A stretch of DNA of 64,000 nucleotides, taken from Octopus vulgaris. Taxonomy: Eukaryota. Location of the stretch: assembly GCA_951406725.2 (NCBI GenBank), contig OX597827.1, positions 48,360,001-48,424,000 of the forward strand, in the 5' to 3' direction. The notes under the pieces are model-generated. The model had not been told where the DNA came from. It did no database searches and was given only the letters and a program-made list of their open reading frames with translations. Both the position numbers and the translations under genes were made by a program. Below are positions 1-13,926 of the stretch, piece after piece (position 1 is the stretch's first letter; the number at the start of each line of letters is the position of its first letter).

Positions 1-193
1 AGAATTCCACCCCCGCCCGCACCCAGTACATTTTTTAATGCTTGGTATTTAACGTTTCCCTCTCTTTTCACCCAACTGCTAGGTTACAAGGACATAAGCA
101 AACCAATACAGGTTGTGACGCGGAGAAAGTGGACAAACAAAAAGATACACACATGCATACACAAACACACATGAATATATATAAATACATACG

Positions 194-229
<36 letters not shown>

Positions 230-263
230 CTCATACACTACAGGCTCTACAGCCTGTAGTGTA

Positions 264-498
264 TGGACGTTTGATATCGTTTCTTATTACCTGCAGCAAA
301 TATTGAGATCTTGGTGTGTATAGGTAACTATTTCCAATTTAGCCAAGAATATTATGAAATCGACCATATTCAGAATAATAACACCATACACTTCCTTCAA
401 GGATTTGAAATTCAAATATAGTTTACCGCAGCAGAAATGCTCAACGGACACTCAGACTGAAAAGTATTACATGCAATTTGTTTTCAAATTATAGCATG
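264..498 (+). repeat. Dispersed repeat, inverted partner of 2440-2677
   Basis: TGGACGT..TTACCTGCAGCAAATATTGAGATCTTGGTGTGTAT..TCAAATTATAGCATG recurs as a diverged reverse complement at 2440-2677. Confidence 0.75.
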
Positions 499-960
499 CA
501 AACCTACTCACTAGGTTTTAGTCGTCCCGGATTATAGTAGAAGTCACAAGCTCACGTTGCCACTAGTGGGACTGATCTTGGAACCATGTAGTCGGGAAGG
601 AAACATCTTGTCGTACAACTATATACCCATGTGGGCGCGCACGTGTGTGTGTCGTCCGTAGAAGGAAGTATAGTATCTTTCTGTTCCATCGAAATGTTAG
701 TGGGGACGCACAACATTTGCCAGTAAAATACTAGAAGTATATTGATAGAGCAATTTTGGTGAAATATATATTAGACCAAAATATGTCAAAGAATAGAAGT
801 GATCTATTAGAAATTGCTACCAAGAATATCAACGAGAAATGCAACAGCAAAACCAAAGGTGCATACAACAAAATCAATAATGATATTTCATTGCGTGATG
901 TTATTCACTTTCGAACGTAATTTCCATCATTATTTTGACAAAGGAAAGGTTTCAAATACT

Positions 961-1348
961 ATTTTACTTGTTTTAGTCATTTGACTGCAGCCATGCTGGA
1001 GTATCGCCTTTACTCGAGCAAATCGACGCCCAGGACTTTGTAAATTATTACTTATTCTATCGGTCTCTTTTGCCGGACCGTTATTTTACGGGGACGTAAA
1101 CACACCAGCATCGGTTATCAAGTGATGTTGGTGGGACAAACGCAGATACACAAACATATACACACACATACATATATATATACATATATACGATGGACTT
1201 GTTTCAATTTCCGTCTACCAAATCCACTCACAAGGTTTTGGTCGGGCCGAAGCCATAGTAGAAGACACTTGCCCAAGGTGCCACGCAGTGGGACTGAACC
1301 CAGAACCATGTGGTTGGTAAGCAAGCTACTTACCACACAGCCACTCCT
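961..1348 (-). mobile_element. tRNA-type SINE family A
   Basis: Head GGAGTGGCTGTGTGGTAAG..GGTTCAGTCCC (A/B-box-like), internal (TA/TG)n, tail ending GACTAAAACAAGTAAAA; many copies in window. Confidence 0.9.
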
Positions 1349-2439
1349 TATATCTATGGCCCTCAGATCGTTCAATGACATTTTATGCTATTCTTAATCT
1401 GAATTCACTGTTCGCTTATCCAGCGCATTTGAATAATAATTTCTCATCTGCTCACTTTCTATATTACCTTGCATCATCTCTTAACACTGTCGATAGAGCA
1501 TCAACATTTTAATGACGTTCTAATAAGAGTCATCTTGAGGTAAATCTTCATGATAATTGATTAGGTCTTTTTCGCTTCTGCGATCAACCAACCGCCCTCT
1601 CACCCCAACTCTACGTTTATGAAAAGCACTTGTTGATCAATTGGTTCATAGACTCGAAATTATTGATCATAATCTAGAAAATGCTACCAATAGATAAAGA
1701 CATTTCCGTGAGTGAATGGAGAGGAGGAATTGAAAATACGAATCATCATGCTTATGAAAAAATATTGCTATATATATATATATTATAATTTGTACAAACA
1801 TTGCACCAATTCTCAATGGGAAATGTTTCCTCGAATAATTCATTATCTTTCTTAATGTCCACTTATAGATCAGAATATATTTTGATTTCTACTTCATTAG
1901 ATTTACGTTGCTAATAACATATCTGAAATGCTTGTCTCTTTATCTATCGCCACCGCTATGTACGCACGAACACAAGACCACGTATGGACACTCGGCGGGC
2001 TGCACGCTTTCTTTAGCAAACCAAGATCATCAATCTCTCACACCTCATTGAGAACTATCAATTAAACTCGCCGTATTTAATTAGCCTCTTTGGTAAAGAA
2101 TCCTTGTTTTATTTTCCGCCATTAACATAAATTAGCTTCGTTTCCGTTAACATAATGGAATTTTTGTTTACATAATTATGTAATGGCTGATTACAAATCT
2201 AACTATTCCCTTGTACCTGAACGACCTTCTCTAGTAGATTCCATACGAAAATATCTTGACGAATTGCATGATATATCCACATCATATAGAAATAATTCAT
2301 CCTACCACGGAATTCCTATCACATAAGTTCCAATCAATTCATCTTCGAAGGCATTCTAGTCATAAGCATCCAATCTTTGTTTCAAACCCGCTGCATCTAA
2401 GTCTACATTATACAAAATCTCTTACCAGATTTAAAATTT

Positions 2440-2677
2440 CATGATATAATTTGAGAATAACTTGTATGTAATTCTCTGCAGTCTGAGTGCCCGCATAGCA
2501 TTTCTGCTGCGGTAAACTATATTTGAATTTCGAATCCTTTAAGGGAGTGTATGGTGTTATTATGCTGAATATGGTCGATTTCACCTTATTCTTGGCTAAA
2601 TTGGAAATAGTTTCCAATACACACCAAGATCTCAATATTTGCTGCAGGTAAAAATCTGAAGAGATATCTAACGTCCA
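2440..2677 (-). repeat. Dispersed repeat, inverted partner of 264-498
   Basis: Reverse-complement match to 264-498. Confidence 0.75.
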
Positions 2678-3905
2678 GTTTCTTTACGTATTGTCAGCAT
2701 TATTTTATTATATAAAATGATTTTATTATATAAAATGATTTTATATGGAATCATGCAGTTCTACTTCTTAAATTATGCGTATTTCTGTGAGTAAATATTT
2801 CTGTTTAATAATAACTTAAAAACCAGCTTTCAGAATATTGGTTTCCAATGAAAATGAAATAGTAATGACATAATGATTACAGAATTGTTAAATTACCAGG
2901 TATTAGATAACGGAATATAATCGCAATCGAGGGAAATTCGCTTAGAAATAGGAAACGTTGTCACGTGTTAATTTCTTAATTTACTCTCATATTTCGTTTA
3001 CTTTCCTATCATTCAACGGATCTCATCTTGTTTCCACCTACTCCTAATGTAATTGGTTTAGGCAACTATATTTCTCCTATAGGGAATGCTAGTTAACAAA
3101 AATTTATTGAAATAAGTTCGTAAACCTTAGATTTCCCTAGGGATCAATCAATCAGAATTGAGTTTAACTATAATTCCAGAGCTATATATGTTCCAAATGA
3201 TGGATTACTTCGAGCAGGTAATTACACATGACTGCAATAAATCCAATTAAATCTTTAAATACTGGAATCAATGTCATAACGTTATTACATACTACATAAA
3301 ACTTTAAAATATTGAGTGACATCTCTCAGAAGATTACCTGGGAATAGTAATGACTTCATTAAAAGCTGCCAACTAAACCACAGTAAATATATATCGCAAG
3401 AAATATTTAAATAGCAGTCGACCGAACTATCAATCAGTCTATCTGTAAAGATATCTCTCCTTACTTACACTTTAAATAAATTTGAATTTCTTCCTTACAT
3501 TCCAATATACATATGCTGCGTTTAAGCAGAGGAAACCAGTATATATATTCGTTTATATAACATACGATATTTCTTTTGTTTTTTCACCCCAAATTAACCT
3601 TCACAAAGGCATTCTAGGTGTTAAAACGTAGTCTAAAAATAAATTAACCAAGTGTCCTGTCCACTGGTGAATTTAGAGACAGATTTTGGTTGTTATTACT
3701 AACAGGGAAAGTGTCCATGTAGATGTTTTTTCAATACTGAAAGTGTAGAATAACGCAAATTATATTGTTGTAAAGGCTGTTTGTGCCGCTAATAACAAAA
3801 TCATACACAGCCCGACAGATTTTCGCGACATCACTGACTATTTATCCTAATATTAAACTATATCGATTGGGTTCATTTTTCGATCTAGCATTAGGTATTT
3901 GGCTG

Positions 3906-3955
3906 ACTGTTACTGATGATCCATAATTTACGGTGAAATCACCTGATTCAACAGT
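3906..3955 (+). ncRNA. Degenerate type I hammerhead ribozyme motif
   Basis: ACTGTTA-CTGATGA-tccataatttacggt-GAAA-TCACCTGA-TT-CAACAGT; stem I 6 bp after one mismatch, imperfect stem II. Confidence 0.5.
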
Positions 3956-4014
3956 ACTATCTGTTGGTGCTGACGAAATTTCGTCAACCAATACAACCTC
4001 TGCATTTTAACATT

Positions 4015-4198
4015 TGTCGTCTACACGAAACAAATTCTCCACACGTTTACCGCAGTCCTAGGCGTTCTAAACAATATTTCCAAGTTAGATTTTGTGCTTT
4101 TATACACTACTTTATATATATAGATATATGTGAGTGTGTGTATATCTTAGTGTGTGTTTTGTATGCGTGTATATATGTGTGCAAGAGAGAGAGAGAGA

Positions 4199-4244
<46 letters not shown>

Positions 4245-4540
4245 TGTAAGAAGGAATTTCAACCTGTTTCGTGGTCTGCTACCACAACAGCTCCTTTATA
4301 GGTTCCAGTTAGCTCAAGGCATCATCAGGAGGAACCACGTCCGGTTTCGGCTCCTGCTCCTCTACCGTTTTGACGTGGCGCCCCCCTACTTTCGGAGGTG
4401 TCTTCAGCTTTGGTGTTGAGTGCATGTCTTCTTCCTCCTTCTTTCTTCTGTTCCCTGGCCTCTTCGATGTAGCGTGAACGAGTGTCAGCGGGCGAATGAC
4501 TGTCTTGTCAAATTTCCCTTTTAATACCTGCAGCCTCACA
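4015..4540 (-). mobile_element. Probable BEL/Pao LTR retrotransposon 3' end (ORF tail, polypurine tract, 3' LTR about 4015-4375)
   Basis: Peptide VRLQVLKGKFDKTVIRPLTLVH..GGRHV resembles Pao ORF ends; AGTAGGGGGG purine tract followed by CGTC..GACA termini and an internal CCTATAAAGG. Confidence 0.45.
4185..4240. repeat. (GA)n microsatellite
   Basis: Direct reading. Confidence 0.95.
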
Positions 4541-5084
4541 CAGAATATGCTTCAAAACAGAATATGCTTCAACACACGAACTCACATAAAGAATCTTGCA
4601 AACCAAATCCCAAAACGAAACACATGAACTCAATTTGCCCGTAATGATCATATAAATATCTATGCGTACAGATATAGAAATACATAGAAATATATACATT
4701 AATTCACATTTATACGCACACATATGCGTATAAATTAACATTACGGTACGACCATAAAAAGAAAAAAACAAAATTCAAAATAGAAGCCTACGGAGACGTA
4801 TAGACAAAGAGACACAAGTAAAATTACAATCCCAAGTCAAAGTAACTAATTCGCTAGAAAATGTTACTTTCACTTTTGAAATGATGGCTTTATGAAGATA
4901 AGGAGATAATTTAAAGGGAAGAAAGGAAAAGACCAGACAACCTATGACATAGACGGTTGAGATGTGGTAAAACTCATAAAATCGCCGACAGTCTACGCCC
5001 CCGTTCCGCTACATTTACGTAAATTGACGATAGGCCATCAAATACTCCCAGACATACTTAAAGACACACTCGCGCACACACACG

Positions 5085-5096
5085 CTTACACATACG

Positions 5097-5130
<34 letters not shown>

Positions 5131-5341
5131 ACTGTGTGTAGGTATATAGTGTGTGTATGTGAGTGTATATATACATGCATATATATATATATATCTGTGT
5201 GTATGCATACACAATGTGTATTACACACATTTATATATATGTAATGTGTGCGAGTATGTATATATACACATACACACATATATATACACACACACACATA
5301 TATATATATATATACACACACACACATATATATATATATAT

Positions 5342-5385
<44 letters not shown>

Positions 5386-5436
5386 GCACATAAGTATAGT
5401 TATATGTGTGTATATATGTAAATACATAGAGAGGTG

Positions 5437-5476
<40 letters not shown>

Positions 5477-5580
5477 CGTGTGTAGATACGCAATACGAAT
5501 TGTCTTATACTGAAAAACATACGCACACGCACACATACAAATATACATATGCATATATATACATAAGAGAACAAAATGTA

Positions 5581-5614
<34 letters not shown>

Positions 5615-5647
5615 CATATGTATATATATATATATATATGTATATAA
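5085..5647. repeat. Compound (TA)/(CA)/(TG)/(CATA)n microsatellite
   Basis: Direct reading; source of spurious YIYI/HTHT ORFs. Confidence 0.9.
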
Positions 5648-5992
5648 ACTGATGTTATACAATAGAAACTACTTTGTAAGCTCATGCGTGTTTTTATTAA
5701 TTCATTGAATTAATTTTATCTATCAATTTCTGGAGATTATTCGACTGAAGGACAACAAAAACGTAGATGAAAGGCTTGTTACAACTAAGAAATTAGTAAA
5801 GTTAAATGTTTCCCAACAATTACTTTTCTTCAAAGTTATAAGGGATAACGGTGCTAATAAAATTCTAAAACAGAAGACATACTAAATGAAACCTAGACTA
5901 ATTACCCTTGCATACACATCTGTGCGATACACATACACATGAATACACATACTCAAAGACATATACAAATAGATATTTGTTATACATACATA

Positions 5993-7247
5993 CAGGGTCC
6001 TACAAAGACGACGGACGTTTTTGTCAAAATTGTGTGGAAAACAATATCCCTCATGTGTTGTCCGTTTTCATTGAGGCATTTCTGAAGGTGTTCTTGGTAG
6101 TTTGCTTCCACTCTCTCCAGTATTGCTCTATCGATTTGGGCGACTTCCACGCTAATAGCGTCCTTCATATCGTCCAAGGTACGGGTCTTATGCGCATACG
6201 TATGTGTTTTGAGGTTTCCCCGCAAGAAATAATCACACATGGACAAATCAGGGGAGCCAGCAGACCAAGAAATGTCAATAAACCTGGAAATGCGGGGGTC
6301 ACCGAAAGAGGGCGAAGGATGTCCATTGATGCTTTCCCTATGTGGGCTGTCGCCACATCCTGCTGAAACCACACACATCGATAGACATACGTTTTCGTCG
6401 TAATTCAGGTACAAAGAAGTTCTTTATCATCTTGATGTAATGCCCAGAATTGACAGTAACAATATTTCCAATATTGTCTTCAAAAACGTAAGGACTAGTG
6501 ACGGCCGCATTACCAAAAGCACACCAGACCGTCACTTTTGAACTGTCCAGTGGTCTTTCGCGTAGTTCTCTTGGATTTTCAAGGGCCCAATTACCAAAGT
6601 TCTAATGATTCACCATTCCATTAAGATGAAAATGAGCTTCATCACTCATTAACAAAATGAGGTTACCATTTGCCTCAAAAATTGCTCCCATTTGACGTGG
6701 CATGTTATGCCCCTGTGCATAGTGCCATGGTTTCAACTCTTCCTTAATGGCCAAATTTTACCGGTAAAAATACAGGTTTTCGTGCAAAATACGCCTTACC
6801 GATCGATTACTGGTCCAAAGTTCAGTAGAATTCCCACGAGCAGAGTGATTTGGACTCCGTATCAGAGCTTATCTGATGCGTTCCACATTTTCTGGGGTCC
6901 ATAGGGCTGGTGCCCGCCCCCTACCAGTCTCCTATTCATTAGTGTACTAGGCTACGAAATGCATTCACCCAACTTAAGATTTTGTTACGTGTAGGAGCAG
7001 CTTGATTGCGGTGAATGTTGAAGTATGGAGCCGAAACTGACTCTGAAATGTTGTGATACACTCGTTACTCTTAATGCAACTGTCGTGGACAAACGTGCGA
7101 TGTTCTATCGTCTACAACGCCAAGACTTCACTTGAAAAACAATGCTAAAGCACCACGGACCGAATACTACCTGTCGCACATGTGACCCTCCCCCTGGGGC
7201 TGAGTAATAGCTATTTTCAAAACGTCCCTTCTCTCTGCACCACCCTG
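5993..7247 (-). mobile_element. Full-length defective Tc1/mariner element, DD41D (rosa-like)
   Basis: TA-CAGGGT..ACCCTG-TA termini; frameshifted transposase TVWCAF, WFQQDVATAH..SPDLSMCDYFL with about 41 residues between the last two Asp across the frameshift. Confidence 0.9.
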
Positions 7248-7358
7248 TATATATTTATATATATATATCACTGATGACTTCCTCTCTAGTAATGCCTTCG
7301 TTATATATTGAACAAATGTAATTCTTTCTTCCACAATTGAATTGAACTTCATATTCGA

Positions 7359-7407
7359 GGTTTTGATGAAGCTATGGTGCTTCTTATGGCAGAAACAGCT
7401 GTCAGCT
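7359..7407 (+). ncRNA. Degenerate hammerhead-like motif
   Basis: GGTT-TTGATGA-aGCTAT..ATGGCa-GAAA-CAGCTG-TC-AGCT; palindromic stem III, core C3 replaced by U. Confidence 0.4.
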
Positions 7408-7534
7408 AATCAAAGTTATCACATAACCGTTGTTTTTCATGTGTCATCTCATTTATTATATACATAAATATACATATTTGTTTGTATGTATATATATATA
7501 TTTATATATATATATGTGTGTGTGTGTGTGTATA

Positions 7535-8831
7535 CAGGGTGCAGTGAGAAAATATCGTCTAAATTACGCTAAAATGAATATAACACTGACATCTCATTTT
7601 AACAGATATATTTACCAAAATTGCATAAAACTGTCGTGAAATACTACAGAGTAAATTATTCAATAAAACCGCAATTGGCTTCAACCATGTCCTCCAAACG
7701 ACTTCGGAATCTCTTGCAACTATTCTGGACGGCCTTCTCGTTTAGGTTGCTGAATGCTACCATAATCCTTGCCTTCAGTTCATCTTTGGTATTACAAGGA
7801 CATTTGTTGGTCCCTCACTCGACAGAGCCCTGCACATAATTATCAAGGAGTTGCAATCTGGAAGTTAGCTGGCCAAATGTTTGGGGGTGCTGTGGTGGGA
7901 GAAATTGTCTGACAGCCATGATTGCGTTCTCTTGCTTGTTTAGCTTGGTGCAGAGTCCTTTTCCCGACAGAGGGTGTCCCAGCAGCCACCTTCTTGACTC
8001 AGGGAAACATTACCTCCTCCAGGCACTTGATGTGGGCTTCCGTATTGAGTCGTGGTCGTGTGGGAAGATGAATGAAGGCATAACGTCACCATCACTAATA
8101 ATCACTCCAAACACTTTGATGTTGACATGATATTTGACTGTTATTACTCTGAGCACATGTTTTGGGGACACGGCAAATCAGCAGTTGTTCTATGCGTTCA
8201 CCATCTGATCTTGGTAGAAATTTTTATCGTCAGAGAAAAATTAAAGCATGTTCGGTTAGAGGGGTTGTTTGAGTTTGTTGAAAAGCATCGTAATGCTGTC
8301 TTTTCTCTTGTCCTTGATGGCTTGGGAGGAAAATTGGCCCTTTCTCACCTTGTATGAGGAATTCCGAATGTCTTCATGCACCACCTGCCTAAGAAATTCA
8401 GACACTCCCATGTCCCTGGCGATTGACCTGATTGACTTGGAGGAATCGTTGTCAATCATGGCCTGGATCTCACCAACAAATTTAGGAATTTTTTTTCTTA
8501 TGAGAACGATCAGAGTGAGTTTTCCGATCTGCGTTACCTTCGTAATCACCATTAAACTCATCCAACTCTTTCTGAATCGTCTGCACTATCCTCCGACTGA
8601 CACCCAAACACTCTGAAATGTTCCTATTGAAACTTCCGGCGCGGGTGCCAAGCAGTACAGCATGTCGTTTCCAAATTTCTGGCAGAGTGAATTGCGTCAT
8701 GGTGCATTTTTTTCTCTCAGACGGTGCCAACTGACCCTACTCTGCTGTGTAGTCGACAAAATCAAGAACAAAGGATGCGCATGCGCGAAATTACAAATAT
8801 AAAGTGGCGACAATTTACACATTGCATGCTG
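7535..8831 (-). mobile_element. Defective Tc1/mariner element, maT/DD37D-like
   Basis: TA-CAGGGTGCAGTG..CATTGCATGCTG-TA ends; broken transposase (MAPSER.., KSIRSIARDMGVSE HTH, FSDDKNF, WPANFPDCNSLD). Confidence 0.85.
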
Positions 8832-9171
8832 TATTTACATACATATAACTGTGTGTGTGTGCGTATGTATGCATATATGTATGAATGTATGTGTGTATAA
8901 CTATATATATGTATATCTACATATGCAGGCAGTCAGTCAGGCAGGCAGGCAGACAGTCAGACAGGCAGACAGACATAAATATTTCATGATATTTATGTTC
9001 CAAATTGTAAAATAACAATATCAATGATATTTTATATAATTCGTCTCTATTTTCGAAACTAACTTAAACCAAAATCGTGTAGTTTGGAAATAATATGCAT
9101 AAGAAAACATTTTAATGTATTCCAAATGTCGTTACCGCATATTATATTTTATTTCTTTATATTTTACGCTG

Positions 9172-9211
<40 letters not shown>

Positions 9212-9880
9212 CAAATTGACTTGTATTTCTCAAGTGAGTAAACTACATATGAAAATAATATGCTATTTCGATCAGGTCGAGTGACCTGATAGATTCTGCG
9301 TCGCACTTTCCTATACCTTGCTTAGGTTTAAATCGAACAAGTTCTTATTCAATGAGACTAACGAATGGGCGGTATCTAACGCAGAGCAACAGACGTCACA
9401 ATCATTCAGAACTCAACAAATAGATGGCATTACGCGATTCACTTAAGTTCACAGACAATCTGAAGTCAATGATAAGGATAATATTAACTATCTTCCACTT
9501 GTAACCAAGTGAAACCAAATCAGTATTAAATGAGAATATATTGATGATTGTTATTTGTGTAACCCCATAACCCGTCTTGTCTACTGTCTGTTCACCCCGA
9601 TGATCTGAATAATTGATGTATTGTGTAATTTAAAGATGAAAGTTGATAGATGTAGAACCTTCTAATCAACGCGTCATTGTAATAACAATAATATTTACAA
9701 TTACAATGATATCTCACTAGTTTATGCTTAATGATTTCGTGATGTTCATCAGATTAAAAGCCACACTATCACAGTTGATTGTATAGTAGTTAGGAAGTTG
9801 AGATCAATGCGTCACTGATGTAGTTAACAAGTCTATATACAAAGATATATATATATATATATATATTTATATACATACAT

Positions 9881-9918
<38 letters not shown>

Positions 9919-9944
9919 AGAGAGATAATACCTACAATACATAA

Positions 9945-9990
<46 letters not shown>

Positions 9991-10039
9991 ACATATATAT
10001 AAGTCTGTGTGTGTTTGTGTGTGTGTGTAAAGTGAGTAA

Positions 10040-10324
<285 letters not shown>

Positions 10325-10374
10325 CATTTGATTGATATTGATACTAAGTTGCGTTAAACACTTCGACTGAACAC

Positions 10375-10678
10375 CACATTACTTTCGTTTCCTCTGATGT
10401 GGATATTTACACTGATTTTACTTTCAAAGCGTAAACGATCACGTATCATTTGCCGCCCAATGGAAGCCTCAAAATGTAGAAGCGACTTTTAATTACTTTT
10501 AAATTCTTTCAAGCAAGCGCCGAAAATCTCATGAGGTGGATGTAACACACACGTATGCAGGATGAGATGAAGCAAATATGTATTGTATTACTAACACCAA
10601 AGAAATGTGTTGTGAGCCACTTTCTTTAGCTCGCACGGGTATTCATATATACACATTCATACATATACATACAAACAC

Positions 10679-10697
<19 letters not shown>
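10375..10697 (+). repeat. Local direct duplication, copy 1 (copy 2 at 11589-11910)
   Basis: About 320 bp, apparently identical, offset 1214 bp. Confidence 0.9.
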
Positions 10698-10724
<27 letters not shown>

Positions 10725-11588
10725 TTAAATATTTGTCCTTATACAGTTACACACACACACATACTCACGTATCCACGAACACACCTACATCCAACACACC
10801 ACACACATACAACCTACATGCACATGTACGCACACTCTTATAAACACCTAGCAGAGACACACACACACATACCCGCACGTAAGCGCACACACGCACACAA
10901 GCACGCGCAAGTACATTACGCCAACACAACTCCAACCCCCCACACACACGCATACATTCACACACACATACATACGTACACACACATAATACATATATAC
11001 ATACATTCATACATACATACACACACATGCACACACATACTTACATACATACACACACATACATACACACACACATACATACACACACATACACACACAT
11101 ACACACATACATACATACATACATACAACATACATACAAACATGCATGCATGCATATGTAATTGGCTTATTGCAGGCGTGCGTCAGCGCGTGTGTGTGTG
11201 TGCCTGTGGATTCACATACATCCACACCATTTTTTTCCATCAATCTTTCAATTATAAAGCGTAGGCTTGCATACATATATATACACACATATGAAAATAT
11301 AAACACACATATAAACCTCTACATTTGTACACACACGCACATATATACATATATTCACTCGCACGCACGTACATACATACGCACACATACACACACATTT
11401 ACATATATATACTATACACGCACACACATATACACACGTACAAACACACACAAATTCACATACACACCGACACATATACATACACACAATATATACCTAT
11501 CCGCGCACGCACACATACACATATGTACACACACACATACAAATACAACGCACACATACATACACACACACACACGCAAATGAACCCA

Positions 11589-11910
11589 CACATTACTTTC
11601 GTTTCCTCTGATGTGGATATTTACACTGATTTTACTTTCAAAGCGTAAACGATCACGTATCATTTGCCGCCCAATGGAAGCCTCAAAATGTAGAAGCGAC
11701 TTTTAATTACTTTTAAATTCTTTCAAGCAAGCGCCGAAAATCTCATGAGGTGGATGTAACACACACGTATGCAGGATGAGATGAAGCAAATATGTATTGT
11801 ATTACTAACACCAAAGAAATGTGTTGTGAGCCACTTTCTTTAGCTCGCACGGGTATTCATATATACACATTCATACATATACATACAAACACACACATAC
11901 ACATACACAC
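11589..11910 (+). repeat. Local direct duplication, copy 2
   Basis: Matches 10375-10697. Confidence 0.9.
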
Positions 11911-12116
11911 ATGTGACCTCTTGAGCACCGCCAGCAATTTTTTTTCCTCTCTCTTCCCTTCTCGGGATCTTTCTTTCTCCTTGTTTCCGACGAAGTGCTC
12001 CGCTCGAAACGTTAAACCCTCCTTCTTCCCTTCTTTCCTGAGCGTCCAATAATACTTTATTTGTTCCACGTCCTCGCGTTGCTGTGTTTTTTTGTGTTTT
12101 CTTGTTTGGATTAACT
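11911..12116 (+). mobile_element. Short repeat with minimal hammerhead-like motif (11983-12017); relatives at 23790-23972 and 43316-43482
   Basis: GTTT-CCGACGA-a-gtgc tcc gctc-GAAA-CG-TT-AAAC; shared downstream TTCCTGAGCGT; ends at (TA)n. Confidence 0.6.
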
Positions 12117-12200
12117 ATATATATATAAGTATTACGACGAAGTGGTAGCATTAGCATTACTTCTAATTCATACTTATATGTAAATACAGCCTCAAATAAA

Positions 12201-12274
<74 letters not shown>

Positions 12275-12276
12275 GA

Positions 12277-12309
<33 letters not shown>

Positions 12310-12584
12310 GGGGTGAAATATAATTAATTTAATAAAATCAACCTATTAGTATTTCGGTATGGAAAAGGACCATATTCGGTAAAAACTTATATAATTATAA
12401 CAATAAGGGTTTTTGCAACACGTTGCTTGACCACATACCGAAAATTTTAGAAATAGCAGCCAAAGGACTACTATTTCCTTTTACTATAAAATATATCTCC
12501 ACAGACAACAATATTTGTAACTCACATATGGCAAAAAAAAGAGAAGAAAAATAATGAAATCAAACAGTCTTCGGTTAATTATGG

Positions 12585-12633
12585 ATGTACGTTTCTGGAT
12601 TAGAATCATAAGACTCATGTCCTTCATCAACAT
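12585..12633 (-). ncRNA. Degenerate hammerhead-like motif within a (TA)n-flanked repeat (about 12310-13070)
   Basis: Minus strand ATG-TTGATGA-aGGA..TCCa-GAAA-CG-TA-CAT. Confidence 0.4.
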
Positions 12634-13498
12634 AATATTCTGATAAATCTAGAAATGCTAGGAAAACTTACCTCCAATATTTCCGATCAAGCGACATCGG
12701 AACATATAAAAGCTAATCAGCATATCCACATTTATATAGACAAGTGAATTCGTATTTCCCTCCAGAACCTTTACCACGTGAGTCACAAAATAGTACTGCC
12801 GAAAAAAGATTCGTATTTTTGTCGTAGATATATATATGTAGATTTATTTTCTCCATTCCCTACACTTTTCAATTTAAACTCGCATGATGGGCAATCTTAA
12901 ACCCTGATTTGTATAGTTGATGTAATCTTACCGAAATCTTCGACATGGAACAAATATTATTAAATAATTAGTTGAAGGCGTACTCCTTCGATACATTTAT
13001 GACGTGTACATAATTGATGCTAATTAACTGCCTATATCAATACCTTTACGGATTGCACTACCTAGCCGCTATATATATGTATGTATGTATGAATGTATTT
13101 ATGTATGTATGTAAGCATGCATACTGTGTCTCCCACAATGTGTATACTCTTATTGAATCATCATAAAGTCAGAGTTTTTTGTACGAATAACAAAAAGGAA
13201 AAATTCAGTTTTAAGAATTTGCAAATACTTATACAATTGTTTTTTTAATTTTTTATGAACGCCTATTTTGAATCGGATGATCGTTCTAGACCAGATACTC
13301 CTAATTACTCGAAGCAATAGAAACACATTTCATTAGCACATTTGTGCATATTCTTTTTAACAATAAAGCTCCACAACTTCAATGGTTAGCATGGGTGGAC
13401 GTTGCAGGAAGTTCAGTAAACAGGACCAGTCACAACAATTAACGGTCCAGTCAAACACAATTTCCCTATTGTTGCTCCTGGAATATATATATATATAT

Positions 13499-13633
13499 AT
13501 ATAATTAATTAATACGGGTGAGAGAATTAGATACTAATTTAATAGTATATTTATTCCACACCAAGTGGCCTAGTGCTACGAGAAACCTGGATTATTATAA
13601 TATTTTATAACATATTATAATATTTTCACAAAA
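13499..13633 (-). repeat. Inverted partial copy of the 534-bp unit, abutting (TA)n
   Basis: Reverse complement of 14157-14291 with one mismatch; forms a palindrome with arms of about 128 bp centred at 13628. Confidence 0.9.
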
Positions 13634-13926
13634 TATTATAATATGTTATAAAATATTATAATAATCCAGGTTTCTCGTAGCACTAGGCCACTTGGTGTGG
13701 AATAAATATACTATTAAATTAGTATCTAATTCTCTCACCCTTATTAATTAATTATAATTATGCTGCATTTATTTCTAAATGCTGTATTTGTTTTCCGTGA
13801 GAGTTTGGCGCGCTGTTGGTTGGGGCATTTGAATTATAACGTCCGATGTAATCAATTGAACCGCACGCGTATTTATCGTTATGGTAAAATCTGGCGTGTG
13901 ATTGAGTGGATTTCATCCAGATAGTC

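Noticed and set aside
4265-4410. CTGAAGA/CTGATGA plus GAAA on the minus strand as hammerheads
   Set aside because: Stems I and II do not pair in any topology tried
4964-5685. [12 protein letters not shown]-rich ORFs here and throughout the window
   Set aside because: Translations of microsatellites that lack stop codons
9725-9760. Minus-strand CTGATGA..GAAA motif
   Set aside because: No stem II or stem III
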